Of a DNA stretch of 64,000 nt, positions 24,951 through 38,623 are shown one piece after another. Both the position numbers and the translations under genes were made by a program. Source of the stretch: Octopus sinensis (Eukaryota); contig NC_043013.1 in assembly GCF_006345805.1 (NCBI RefSeq), positions 26,660,001 to 26,724,000 of the forward strand, read 5' to 3'. How positions within the stretch are numbered: the stretch's first letter is position 1; each line of letters begins with the position of its first letter. The notes under the pieces were generated by a model. That model was not told the DNA's origin and searched no databases. It saw only the letters and a program-made list of their open reading frames with translations.

Positions 24951-26651
24951 GTGAAAACCCTTCATCACCATCATCCTCCTCATCATGACCATCATGCTCA
25001 CCCTCCTCCTCCTCCTCCTCCTCCCCACAACTTCCACCACCATTGTCATCATCACATCACTACCACCACCATCATCATCTTTATCGTCATTGTCATTAAC
25101 CTCATCGTCACTACCAACAACAACACCACAACCACCACCATCACCACCACCATCCTCATCGTTTAATGTCTGTCTTCCAAGCATCATTTAACTGTGGATT
25201 TACATCAAACAGCTGCTGTTCACATGTAAGATGGATCTGGCTATTAGCCAAACACATCATGAATAGCATTGCACTTCTTCTTTCCTTTGGCCAGGAAAAG
25301 GCTGGCAGTTTTCCTCAGTCTGAGCAGCTAAGGCAACAGAGGTCATATAGTGGACAAGACTGAAAGAACTGCAGACAGAGATTTTCCTCTTCGACCAATT
25401 CCCCATCAAAATTTCTTCATGTATCTCTTGGAGAGAGAAGTGAAAGGAATGAAAGAGGAGCTGACTCCTTGTATATTTGCTTAAAGGTAGCAGATTATTG
25501 GGGGAGAATGGCTCAGGTGAATGGTCCTACTGTCAGTATATGTCAACAGATCAGAGAGCATGGTTGAATGAGAGCAGGTGTCCTTAACACTAAGGGTAAT
25601 CCATGATCTATGGGGCTCTCTGAAATGCCCCTGTGCCCCATATTGTTGGTTAGTCCTCTATTGGGCTGCGTATTTCTTTCATTTCGCCAATATTTAAACT
25701 ATCGTTTCTTTTATACCATTTTTTCTTGTGACTGTTTCTCTAACAACACTCCATCTCCACCACCACCACCACCACCGCCACCATGACTGTCTTCATAAAT
25801 TTTACTTGTAATGTCTCCTCATCTTTCGTCCTTGTTGCAATAATAAAAAAAAATCATCATTATTATGATCATCATTGTTGTTTCCATCACCACTGCCGCA
25901 GTCAACAACACCTCCACCACACCACCACCTTCACCATCATCACCATAGTCATAACCACCACCACCACCACCACCATCATCACCATCGTTACCACTGCCAC
26001 TACCATCATCGTTGTCATCACCACCACCATCACCATGATCACCACCACAATCATCTTCATCATCATCGCTCTTCGCAATTATAATCAAATGAGATAAAAA
26101 TAGTCGAAATGGAAATGTTATTCTTCAATTAGAATCTATACATACCATTCCATGCAATTCCATGTCATACCATGCTATACCATGTCATGTTGGGTGATGT
26201 ACTGAATGTTTTATTGATTTTGAAGTTGCATTCTTGAACTTTACCATTCCTGCCACCTCCAGTTTTTTTTTCTTTTATTTTAGCTTTTCTTTTATGTTTT
26301 AATTTTTGAAGTGGTGGTGGTGGTGGTGGTAGCAGTAGTAGTAAGGATGGTGTTGGTAGTTTTGGTAGCATACATATATCATGAATGTTGTTAAATAAAT
26401 CCATTATTTTGGTTTTGGAGAATAAATTTGTTTACTTATTTATTATTTACATTGGAACAGTTCCATGGAATTGATGATGATATAGGAAATAAAAATAAAA
26501 ACTAAAAACACAAGAACAAAGAAACATCAAAATTGCAAAATGTTTTAAAAATTTTCCAAGATCTGGATATTGATTCCATCTCTATTTATGTGATGTACAT
26601 ACTGACATATATATATATATATTATATATTATATATATATATATATATATG

Positions 26652-26698
<47 letters not shown>

Positions 26699-26759
26699 AA
26701 CACATATATATAAAAATGGATTTGGTTAAAAAGAGATGATGAGCAATGGCTAGAAGAAT

Positions 26760-26940
26760 ATTTATTTCTTTATTGCCCACAGGGGCTAAACACAGAGGAG
26801 ACAAACAAGGACAGACAAAGGGATTAAGTTGATTACATCGACCCCCTAACTGGCACTTATTTAATCGATGAAAGGCAAAGTCGACCTCAGTGGAATTTGA
26901 ACTCATAATGTAATGGCAGTCGAAATACCGCTAAGCATTA
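26760..26940 (-). mobile_element. Family B SINE
   Basis: Same tail as 59196-59420 (ggggctaaacacagaggagacaaacaaggacagacaaagggattaag) in reverse. Confidence 0.75.
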
Positions 26941-27411
26941 TTGAGTAAAACTTAATAACTAGTTGATCTAGCAAGCAGGACCTCATTTCAGGGAGGGGTG
27001 GACAGTGATGAGCAATTATGTTGTTGAGAAGAAGGTCCCAAATTGGTGTGCATTCTCTCCTAAGGATCCCATCAACTTGCTAGCATCCAGTATGTATGCA
27101 GAGCTTTCAACTGGTAGCACTCGCATCTGCTAGTTGTTTGCAAAAAATCTAAACATAAATAAACGTTTAAAAGTGCTCCAGTATGGCTGCAGTCAAATGA
27201 CCGAAACAAGTAAAAGAGTAAAAGAATACGTACATATATATACATACATACATAAATATGTATGTACGTACATAAATACATATGTATATACATAGATACA
27301 TACACACACACACACACATACACACACATATATTCCAACATATATATACATATATATCCATACATACATGCACTTCCCCCACACACATGCAAATGTGTGT
27401 GTATATATAAG

Positions 27412-27449
<38 letters not shown>

Positions 27450-28113
27450 TATATATATATAAATTTATAAATTTATATATATATGCGTGTGTGTATATAT
27501 ATATATGGTGTGCATTTATATATACACATATATATATACACAACACACACACATATATATAAATTTATATATATATGCATGTGTGTATATATATATGTAT
27601 ATATAAATTTTTTTCCAAGACAAATGCTGTTAAAAAGTTTTTGGTCAGCTGTAGGCCTGTATGAGATCAATGTGTGCACTTAGCTCTAGCTTCTGGTCAC
27701 AGTACCAAAAATGGCATGAATAAATAAATTGATTATCTAATTGAAATTAAAAAATAATCAACCATGGTTGAAAGAGTGGAGTCTGATAGTTTAGACTCCT
27801 CTCTATCATCATCATCATCGTCCTTGTTGTTGTTGTTATTGTCGTTGTCTTCATCATCGTCGTCATCATCATCATTTTCATGTTCACGTCTTTGTGCTTT
27901 CATGAGTCTGATGAAATTCGTTGAAACAGATTTTCAAAAGCTGGATGCCCATCCTGTTGCCAACTCAATATAATATTTCCCCCATGGTTGACCATATTTG
28001 CATGGAAGATTAAGAATGAAGAATACTGCTTTCATGATGCTCTCCCTCTCTCTCTCTCTCTCACTCACACACACACACACACACACACATACACACACAA
28101 ATACATACACCCA

Positions 28114-28151
<38 letters not shown>

Positions 28152-28159
28152 CACATATG

Positions 28160-28460
28160 AAGGTGCATGACTTAGTGGTTAGAGTATCATGCTCACAGCC
28201 ATGAAATAGTGGGTTCGATTCTGGGACCAGGCTGTGTGTTGAGGTCTTGAGTGAGACACATTATTTCACATTGCTCCTTTAGAAATGAGTGGCGGCGTCT
28301 CTGGTGCCAAGGTGTATTGACTTTTGCCTTTCCCTTGGATAGCATCGGTGGCATAGAGAGGGGAGGCTGGTGTGCATGGACAACTGCTGGTCTTCCACAA
28401 AGAACCTTACATGGACTTGTGCCTCAGAAGGGAACTTTCTATGACCAAAGGGGTGCTATA
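28160..28460 (+). mobile_element. tRNA-derived SINE with CORE-like domain (family D)
   Basis: cttagtggttagagtatc (A box) ... gggttcgattc (B box); homologous to 49520-49848. Confidence 0.75.
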
Positions 28461-28751
28461 TATACATAAGTGTATGTGTACACTCTTGTTGAGGCATGAC
28501 ATGGTCATTATAAATGATAACCAATGCCATGAAAGCAATGCTGTTCTCTTCCAGCATTCCCTAAAAAGCATAAAAGCATATCTGGTTATTTGGTTATGAG
28601 GAAATATTACATTGCCTAGAAATAGGTGAGAATTGATGACAGGAAGGGCATCCAGCCATAGAAACTTACCTCAACAAATCTGTCTGACTTATGCATGGAA
28701 AAATGAATATTCAGTGACAATAATGAATCTCTCTTCTCTCTCTCTCCTCTC

Positions 28752-28819
<68 letters not shown>

Positions 28820-28824
28820 GAAGG

Positions 28825-28875
28825 AGCTTCTACAGGACTAGAACTGTTTCATTCAAGAGAAATCTTCAGGAAGCT
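28825..28875 (-). ncRNA. Type I hammerhead ribozyme motif (copy 1)
   Basis: agcttc-CTGAAGA-t(ttc tctt gaa)t-GAAA-cag ttctagtc ctg-TA-gaagct. Confidence 0.75.
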
Positions 28876-29171
28876 AGTTAACAAGAATTGTATTGGCATT
28901 TATACATTTAGGCAGGTTTAAAGGGGTGGTGGTGGGGGACTTTTTGGGGGTAGGCATAGCGCAAAAAAATCATACTTGGGGGAGTGGTCAAGGAGTCAGT
29001 GGTAAATTAGATAGAAGAATAAATAAAAGAATAAAAAAAGGGAGAATAAAAAAATATATAGAGGAATAGAGTTTTAGGTAAATAAGGAAAGTCTCACTTA
29101 TACCTATACACATATGTATACATATATACACACACACACATATACATACTCACATACATACACACACACCC

Positions 29172-29206
<35 letters not shown>

Positions 29207-29235
29207 TACACATACATACATATATCTAAACACAC

Positions 29236-29278
<43 letters not shown>

Positions 29279-29296
29279 CACACACATATGTGTGTA

Positions 29297-29327
<31 letters not shown>

Positions 29328-29624
29328 GGGTGTGTGTGTATGTATGTGAGTATGTTATGTGTGTGTGTGTGTATATATGTATACATATGTGTATAGGTAT
29401 AAGTGAGACTTTCCTTATTTACCTAAAACTCTATTCCTCTATATATTTTTTTATTCTCCCTTTTTTATTCTTTTATTTATTCTTCTATCTAATTTACCAC
29501 TGACTCCTGACCACTCCCCCAAGTATGATTTTTTTGCGCTGCCTACCCCCAAAAAGTCCCCCCCCCCACCACCACCCCTTTAACCTGCCTAAATGTATAA
29601 ATGCCAATACAATTCTTGTTAACT

Positions 29625-29675
29625 AGCTTCCTGAAGATTTCTCTTGAATGAAACAGTTCTAGTCCTGTAGAAGCT
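29625..29675 (+). ncRNA. Type I hammerhead ribozyme motif (copy 2, in the inverted arm)
   Basis: Same sequence as 28825-28875 on the opposite strand; stem I agcttc/gaagct, GUA cleavage triplet. Confidence 0.75.
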
Positions 29676-29771
29676 CCTTCTATATAATAAATTAATTTTT
29701 CTCTGCTATGTATTGAGTACCTTATTTACTGTGGTTAACCCCGAATCAACCCGGGACCTACATATATATAT

Positions 29772-29802
<31 letters not shown>

Positions 29803-31124
29803 GACAGGTCAATACCCTGAAACTCGAGTCCGTGTGTATCATAAGTTGAAGACGGGAAGGATGGCTTCCCTTTGCAAATACTGATAGGGCACAGAAAGTG
29901 TGTCTATAGCCAGCTGGAGGAGGTGTCCTCCTGGGGCTACAAACTACAGTAGCATCCACCCTTAGGGGTTAGACATATTCAAATGGCAAATATACATCAC
30001 GATGTGTTGCTGCTACTGTTTATAACTTGCTCTGAGATTTATCATTATATATATATATATATATTACAAATATCTTCATTGTTACTCTTATAATGAAAAC
30101 CAAGGTAAAATTTTCAGAATGTTGGACCAAATGTTTAGTGACATTTCTTTCAGTTTTACATTCTGAATTCAAATTTCACCAGGGTTCACTTTGCCTCTCC
30201 TTCCTTTCAGGATTGATAAAATAAGGACCACTTGAACGCTGGTGGGAGTGGGGGTAGATGTGATCAACTTAACCCTTCCCCAGAAATTGCTGAATTTGTG
30301 CTAAAATCTGAAACCATTATTTTAAATGGGTATTTTTCTGTTCAGCAGAGGGAGAACCTAAGCTTTTTAACAGCAACAGAATAATGAAGCTTGAAAAAGC
30401 TATTTTAGCCATTCAGATCGTCTGTTTTTTCTTCATTTTATTTGCTTTAGTCATTCAACTGCAGTCATGCCGGGGTTCAGCCTTAACTCTTTAGCATTTT
30501 GTCTGCTTGTTCTGAGTTCAAATTCTGCCAAGTGGGGCGATCTCTTAGCTTTTCTCTCCTCTCTCTCTTCTCTCTCTCTCTCTGCTTCTCTCTCTCTCTC
30601 TCTTCTCTCTCTCTTCTTCTTTCTTTCCTCTCTCTCTCTCTCTCTCTCTCTCATTACAGAGAATTGAACTTTGGACCTTTTGAAATCCAACTGAGCTCTC
30701 TGTGCCATTGAGCGAAACAACCTCTAACAACAGATCCCATTCTTTATAATGTTAAATATTAGCTTCTGAAATGTGAGAACATTTTCACAAATGATCAAAC
30801 ACTAAAGTGTCAAATGAGTTAAAATATTTTAAAAAATTGAAGGAATCTTGAATGCAGGAGAATAGCAATGAAAATAGCTTTAGAAAGTCAATTAGAGTAC
30901 CCCTAAAGATGGAAAAAAAGTAACTGGCAGCAGCTACAGAGAACTGAAGTTTGCACTTCTCACGTGTAGTTCAAAATACAAAGACAAAGGTGGAAGAATA
31001 CAAACAGAATATGATTGTTTGACACTGAAGAATAATGGAAGAAATCATTAACATTTTGAGCCTATGCTCTTCTTCAGAAAAGATAAATGAAGAGAGAGAA
31101 AAGATGGAGAAAGGAAAAAGTATA

Positions 31125-31163
<39 letters not shown>

Positions 31164-31264
31164 AAGAGAGCAAGTGAGAGGGAGAAAGAGAGCAAGAGAG
31201 AGAGAGTGTGTGTGTGTATGTGGAGAAAAGAGGCTTATTTCCACACAGAAAAGACTACCTATAT

Positions 31265-31565
31265 GAATCAAAGTATGTAGTATTATAGATCCATTGCAGC
31301 TGATCTTGCAAATCAGTTTTAATAAACTGGACTAAACTACCTGCATCAGTTGTTAGCAGTGAAGACACTACATCCCTCAAAACTTTCATGCTTCCTGAAA
31401 TTCGCCAACACTTCTCCACCCCCACAGCTTCCCCCACTTTCTTTTTAAAGATTTATTCACTGTTCACTTTCTGTGCATAGTCTATGTACTGTTCATGCAA
31501 TTTTGGTTACTTTTTCTAACGCTTTGCAGTGTACCTGAGCACTGTATGCAATAAGTTCATTATAT
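31265..31565 (+). mobile_element. CR1/L2-like LINE 3' remnant
   Basis: WTKLPASVVSSEDTTSLKTFMLPEIRQH resembles the W(N)xLP..VV....FK C-terminus of CR1-group LINEs. Confidence 0.4.
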
Positions 31566-32661
31566 GATATTCAATACAAAAGCATTAGGATGAAATGGAT
31601 CTTTGATCAACAGACTTAGTCTATTCGCAAATATACAAGTGCAAACCTAATCTGATTTTATGGATTCTTATCATCATCATCATTTTATGTCTGTTTTCCA
31701 TGCTGATATGGGATGGTTTAACGAGATCCAGTGAGCCACAGGGCTGTCTAAGAGGGAAAGAGATTGTTAGATAGACAAAGAGATAGACAGATAGTAAACA
31801 GACAGACAGGCATACAAAGGGAGACAGAAAGACAGAGACAAAGAGACAGAGAGATGTTTTACCAATGAAATGTAACTAGATCAAAACATCTTCAATGCTT
31901 TCGCCAGTTGAGGCTTAAAAACACAGTCACTGCTAACCGCACTTTCTTTAGAAGATTTTTTAAAACTTTGAAAAACTATGATTCCGAAAGAGTTATTTCC
32001 CTTGTTTGTATTTTATTCTTTTTTCTTTTTATTTACTTTTTCTTTTTTCTTTAGATTTCTAAAGGGCTTTATAGAGAGATTTTTGTGTTCTGATATGTAA
32101 GGTTAATCACTTTTAATTGAAAATTTTCAACTAACTGAATCCTACACCACAAACACACACACACACATACACGGGAAACACACACAAACACATACACCAC
32201 AAACACACACATACATGGGAATCACACACACACACACACACCACACACACACACACACACACACTCACACACGTATGTATCTAGGTGTCCTTATGAACAT
32301 AGACACACTCATGTTATATTTAATAAAATTTATATTATCCCTGGTTAAAAATGTCCATAATTGTCATAATCAAATGAGAAAATTTATGTAAAGTGTGATG
32401 GAAATACTTATACTGTTATATTGCGCTGTGAATTAATCCTCAGCCTCATGAGGGGTTGAACTATATAAGTACATTGCTATGGTAACCATTTACTGAATGA
32501 ACTTAACAGGAGAATATCATTCATCTTCTTTCTCTATTTCACCATTAGCAGTTTACCTACTTTGACCTAACAAAAGTAAGTTGGTGTCAAATACCATATC
32601 CTGCAAGTATTTCTGAAATAGCACAGGATATTTGATTTTTAACCATACATACATACATACA

Positions 32662-32692
<31 letters not shown>

Positions 32693-33167
32693 GTACATAC
32701 ATACATACATACATACATACATACATACATACATACATACATACATACGTACATACATACATACATACATACATACATGCATACATACATGCATCTATAT
32801 CTGTCTACATATGCATATGAACACATGCACAAACACACACACACACACATATAATTGTGTATGTGTATGCATAATCTATATTACATGTGTGTGTGTGAGA
32901 GTATGTATGTGTGTGTGTGTGTGTGTGTGTATCAATTTCTACCCTTATATATACTTACATATATATGTATATATACTTACATATATATGTATACATGCTT
33001 GCACTCACACCATATGAAAGAAACATGCACACACACATGTATATACTGAGATATACAAGTACACTTCTCTATTTGGTGTACTGTCCATATATTAAGTTCT
33101 ACTAAGTTATCTAGTCATGTCTGACTATCTGTCTCTCTGTGTCTATCTATCTCTATACATGTGTATT

Positions 33168-33220
<53 letters not shown>

Positions 33221-33228
33221 TTTATGTA

Positions 33229-33264
<36 letters not shown>

Positions 33265-33311
33265 ATGAGAGAGAAAGAGAGTGTGTGTTAGGTGTGATGT
33301 ACAGAAATTGA

Positions 33312-33464
33312 ATATTGAGAAAAAGGGTTGTCAGAATTTTGGCAAAAAAATCTTTTTATTTTTTTATTATTATGACCTGGGTTTCTGGGTAGTAACTAGG
33401 GTCATAATAATGAAGAAATAAAATGACTTTTTTCCAGAATTCTGACGCCTTTTTTTCTCAATAT
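33312..33464. mobile_element. Small diverged hairpin (MITE-like) element
   Basis: atattgagaaaaagggttgtcagaattttgg...ttattatgacc / ggtcataataa...ccagaattctgacgcctttttttctcaatat. Confidence 0.6.
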
Positions 33465-33470
33465 ATATAT

Positions 33471-33842
33471 AGGTTTTGGTATCTGACAATACACCATAAA
33501 GTTAAATCCTGGACGGATGGGAAACCTAAGGTAATCCCATAACCCGGCCTTCCCCACTTTTAATATATACTGCTCTACATCTTAAAAGTGTACTTCTTCT
33601 TTTAGATTCATATTTTTTACAAACACTATACATACATACATACATACATATATATATATATATTATATATATATATATATATGTATGTATATTGTTTGTA
33701 AAAAATATGAATCTAAAGAAGAAGTACACTTTTAAGATGTAGAGCGATATATTAAAAGTGGGAAGGCGGGTTATGGGATTACCTTAGGTTTTCCCATCCG
33801 TCCAGGATTTAACTTATGGTGTATTGTCAGATACCAAAACCT
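33471..33842. repeat. Inverted duplication centred on (TA)n at about 33650-33681
   Basis: Arms of about 175 bp differing mainly by homopolymer indels. Confidence 0.9.
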
Positions 33843-33940
33843 GTTGGCCCAACAGATTTTTGGGATCTGACGATGTGCCATAAAGCTAAACACTGTATGG
33901 ATTGGAAGCCTAAGGTAATCCCATAAACCAGCCTTCCCTG
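33715..33940 (+). mobile_element. Short derivative of the 51405-51818 hairpin element
   Basis: Leader aagaagaagtacacttttaagatgtagagc followed by IR gggaaggcgggttatgggattaccttagg / cctaaggtaatcccataaaccagccttccc. Confidence 0.65.
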
Positions 33941-33971
33941 TTTTCAATACACATACACACACACATATATG

Positions 33972-34004
<33 letters not shown>

Positions 34005-34501
34005 ATGTTTGTATGTATGTATGTATATACGCAGATACAAACACATTGAAAAGCGGTGCTCCACCATGGCCCCATCCTTTGGTGGAAATCAGTAAAAATT
34101 AAAAGATATAACAAGCAAAAGAGAAAGAAAGAAAGAGAGAGAGAGAGAGAGGTACAGGTAGGTAAATATAGATAAGAAATGATATTGTGAACAAAACTCA
34201 AACACAGCAGTCAGCATGAAATTAAATGCAGTTTTAATCTGCTCTCAAGAACAAAGAGACGCAAGATATAATTTCAAAAGAAACACAATAGCAGTTCATT
34301 CCAATAAGTGCATATTTTTCGAAGTTACAATTATTAATGTAGGCATAGATATTCTTTTATACACACATGCACACACATCCATATGCACACACATACACAC
34401 ACACACACACACAATCACATATGTATATTAGGAAGAGAAATTATCAAAAATATAAAATTGAACAATAAAGCAAAATGAAGGCATGTGTGCATGTGTGTGT
34501 A

Positions 34502-34547
<46 letters not shown>

Positions 34548-34729
34548 TACATATATATATGCATACATATACATATTTATATATTTATATATATTTATAT
34601 GCATGTATATATGTATATTTATATATATACCTTACATATATACCTGAGTGTGTATACAATATTACTTTTATGTATGCATACATTACACACACATATTAAT
34701 GTATCTGCATAATATCTCTGTACTTATCC

Positions 34730-34764
<35 letters not shown>

Positions 34765-34883
34765 AACATATATATGTATATACACACATATACATATATA
34801 TATGTAGATATATATACATATATATTTTACATTTATAAATACATATATATATAATACACACACACATTATACGTATATATATG

Positions 34884-34935
<52 letters not shown>

Positions 34936-35104
34936 TATATATATATATATACATATCATGTGTGTGGTGTGTGTGTGTGTGTGTGTATGTGTGTCTGTAT
35001 GTATGTAGGTAGGTATGTAGGTATGTATACATATGAAAATAAAAGAAAGAAATTAAAAAAGATTATCTAATTTGATTTGATGTTCCGCCTGATGATAGAA
35101 ATGA

Positions 35105-35260
35105 GAAATACATACATGCATACATACATACATACATACATACATACATACATACATACATACATCCATACATACATACATACATACACACATACATACA
35201 TACACACATACATACATACATACATACATACATACATTCATACATTCATACATACATACA

Positions 35261-35292
<32 letters not shown>

Positions 35293-35528
35293 CACACACA
35301 TACATTCATACATTCATACATACATACATACATACATACATACATACAAACATACATACATACATTCATGCATACATACATACATACATACATACATACA
35401 TACATACACACATACATACATACATACATACACACATACACACATACATACATACATACATACATACATACATACATACATACATACATACATACACTCA
35501 TACATACATACATACGTACATACATACA

Positions 35529-35559
<31 letters not shown>

Positions 35560-35560
35560 G
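35105..35560. repeat. Long (CATA)n tetranucleotide array
   Basis: Seen directly. Confidence 0.95.
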
Positions 35561-35888
35561 TATATTTGTACCTATAAAAACAGAGAGGGTGGGAAGGGAG
35601 GAGTAGGAGAAAGAAATATCCATTTTCTGCTGGTTTTGATCGAGTAATTTGGCACAATTAAGATGCAGCAAAATTAAAGGAAAGAAAATTGGAAAATTAT
35701 TTCAGCCAACAGTTTTTATGATTAGATGAAAATCAATAATTGCAGTGAGCAGAAAGAGTTTTAGACACATGAAGACTGCTGCAATATGTGTATTGTAATA
35801 AAAGACATGCATGGCATTAAATTTAGACACATGCATACGTACCTACATGTGTGTGTGTGTGTGCATGTGTTTGTGTGTGCATGTGTGT

Positions 35889-35926
<38 letters not shown>

Positions 35927-36014
35927 GTGTGTGTGTTGTGTTTCTATATAAATAACCATATATATGGGTATAGATATATTTGTAAAGGTACATATTTATA
36001 TGTATATATATATA

Positions 36015-36073
<59 letters not shown>

Positions 36074-36237
36074 TGTATGTTATGGTATGTACGTATGTAT
36101 GTATGTATGTATGTATGTATGTATGTATATATAGATAGATTAATAGATATATAGATTGATAGATAAAGAGAGAGGAAGAGAGATAGAGCAAGATATTGTA
36201 ATCAGCTTCATCCATATATGTATACACATATACATAC

Positions 36238-36302
<65 letters not shown>

Positions 36303-36303
<1 letters not shown>

Positions 36304-36720
36304 AAATATATCTGTCAAAGAATTTGACAAACTCAGTATATATAAGGACCCGGAAATTGAAATACAAAAGATGTGGATTCTTAAAGCAAGAATTGTTCCT
36401 GTTATTGTAGGTGCCTTAGGTGAGATAAAATAACAAATAAAAAGGGAAGATCAAACATTTTAGACAGCATCCCAGGAGAACCATGTCTCAAGGAAATGCA
36501 AAAGATTTTGCTCACAAGTACTGCCCAATTCCTTAGAAAAATTCTAATCATTTACAGTTTGTCTCATCTTATGGAAGTGTTTCTCTGTAGCCCTTTCCAC
36601 TTCTCACTTTCAGTTATTTCAACATCTCTTAACTTTCACTTGCCCTGTGTTGCTTAGGTGTGTCTCAGTAAGTGATTACATCAAACATGCAGATTAGAAG
36701 GAAATAACAGTGATGATGAT
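36303..36720 (+). mobile_element. R4/Dong-type (RLE) LINE 3' end (mirrored at about 37810-38232)
   Basis: KEFDKLSIYKDPEIEIQKMWILKARIVPVIVGALGEIK...LKEMQKILLTSTA is a restriction-like endonuclease C-terminus. Confidence 0.75.
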
Positions 36721-36725
36721 AATAA

Positions 36726-36772
<47 letters not shown>

Positions 36773-37214
36773 ATACTAAAAGTACAAGGCCCGAAATTGT
36801 GGGGTAGGGGGCTAGTCGATTAGATCAACCTCATTATGTAACTGGAACTTATTTTATTGACCCTGAAAGGATGAAAGGCAAAGTCAACCTTGGCAGAATT
36901 TTTTACTCAGGACATGTGTACATGCTAACGATTCTACCAGTTCACCACCTTAATGATGATGATGATGATGATGATAATCTTTTCTCTATTAACAACTGTG
37001 GGTCTTATAAAAGATTGAAGACAACACAGGACAATACAATACAAAAAGAGTAGGATTGAAGTGTGTGAAAACAGAAAAATAATGATAGATATAACTATTA
37101 AAATCCCCAAAAGAGGGAGACTTTCAAGGGCTGCTCATGGAAGCCCTGCAAAAAACCACAATCTCCCTGACTGCTCAAGTTTTGACATAAGGCCAGCAAT
37201 ATGTGTGTGTGTGT

Positions 37215-37263
<49 letters not shown>

Positions 37264-37715
37264 ATATATACACACACACACACACATATTGCTGGCCTTA
37301 TGTCAAAACTTGAGCAGTCAGGGAGATTGTGGTTTTTTGCAGGGCTTCCATGAGCAGCCCTTGAAAGTCTCCCTCTTTTGGGGATTTTAATAGTTATATC
37401 TATCATTATTTTTCTGTTTTCACACACTTCAATCCTACTCTTTTTGTATTGTATTGTCCTGTGTTGTCTTCAATCTTTTATAAGACCCACAGTTGTTAAT
37501 AGAGAAAAGATTATCATCATCATCATCATCATCATTAAGGTGGTGAACTGGTAGAATCGTTAGCATGTACACATGTCCTGAGTAAAAAATTCTGCCAAGG
37601 TTGACTTTGCCTTTCATCCTTTCAGGGTCAATAAAATAAGTTCCAGTTACATAATGAGGTTGATCTAATCGACTAGCCCCCTACCCCACAATTTCAGGCC
37701 TTGTACTTTTAGTAT

Positions 37716-37807
<92 letters not shown>

Positions 37808-38232
37808 TATCATCATCACTGTTATTTCCTTCTAATCTGCATGTTTGATGTAACCACTTGCTGAGACACACCTAAGCAACACAGGGCAAGTGAAAGTTAA
37901 GAGATGTTGAAATAACTGAAAGTTGAGAAGTGGAAAGGGCTACAGAGAAACACTTCCATATAAGATGAGACAAACTTGTAAATTGATAGAATTTTTCTAA
38001 GGACATGGGGCAGTACTTGTGAGCAAAATCTTTTGCATTTCCTTGAGACATGGTTCTCCTGGGATGCTGTCTAAATGTTTTTGATCTTCCCTTTTTATTT
38101 GTTATTTTATCTCACCTAAGGCACCTACAATAACAGGAACAATTCTTGCTTTAAGAATCCACATCTTTTGTATTTCAATTTCCGGGTCCTTATATATACT
38201 GAGTTTGTCAAATTCTTTGACAGATATATTTT
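36303..38232. repeat. About 1.9-kb palindrome centred on (TA)n at about 37217-37270
   Basis: Arms 36303-37215 and 37271-38232 are near-perfect reverse complements; each contains an RLE-LINE end, a (TAG)n run and a family B SINE. Confidence 0.95.
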
Positions 38233-38337
38233 TATCAGTGGGAACACTTACATCTATTAGTCTGCTAGTATTTTCTTCCCTGTCTTTAATAATTATGTCT
38301 GATACCTATCAGTATTGATTGGATATTATTATTATCC

Positions 38338-38555
38338 TTAAGGCAGTGAGCTGGCAGAATCATTAGCATGCTGGGCAAAATGTTAGCTGTATTTTGTCCA
38401 CTGCTACATTCTGAGTTCAAATTCCATCAAGGTCAACTTTGCCTTTCATCCTTACAGGGTTGATAAATTAAGTACCAGTGAAACACTGGAGTCGATGTAA
38501 TCAACAGGTCCCCTCCCACCAAAATTTCAGGCCTTGTGCCTATAGTAGAAAGAAT
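38338..38555 (+). mobile_element. Family B SINE followed by (TAT)n
   Basis: aaggcagtgagctggcagaatc...ggccttgtgcctatagtagaaagaattatt. Confidence 0.85.
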
Positions 38556-38569
38556 TATTATTATTATTA

Positions 38570-38621
<52 letters not shown>

Positions 38622-38623
<2 letters not shown>

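Larger units (their letters stand above)
28811..29689. repeat. Inverted duplication centred on a (TA)n/(CA)n tract; arms are a hammerhead-bearing repeat
   Basis: 28811-about 29230 is the reverse complement of about 29275-29689, with mostly 1-2 nt indels. Confidence 0.9.
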
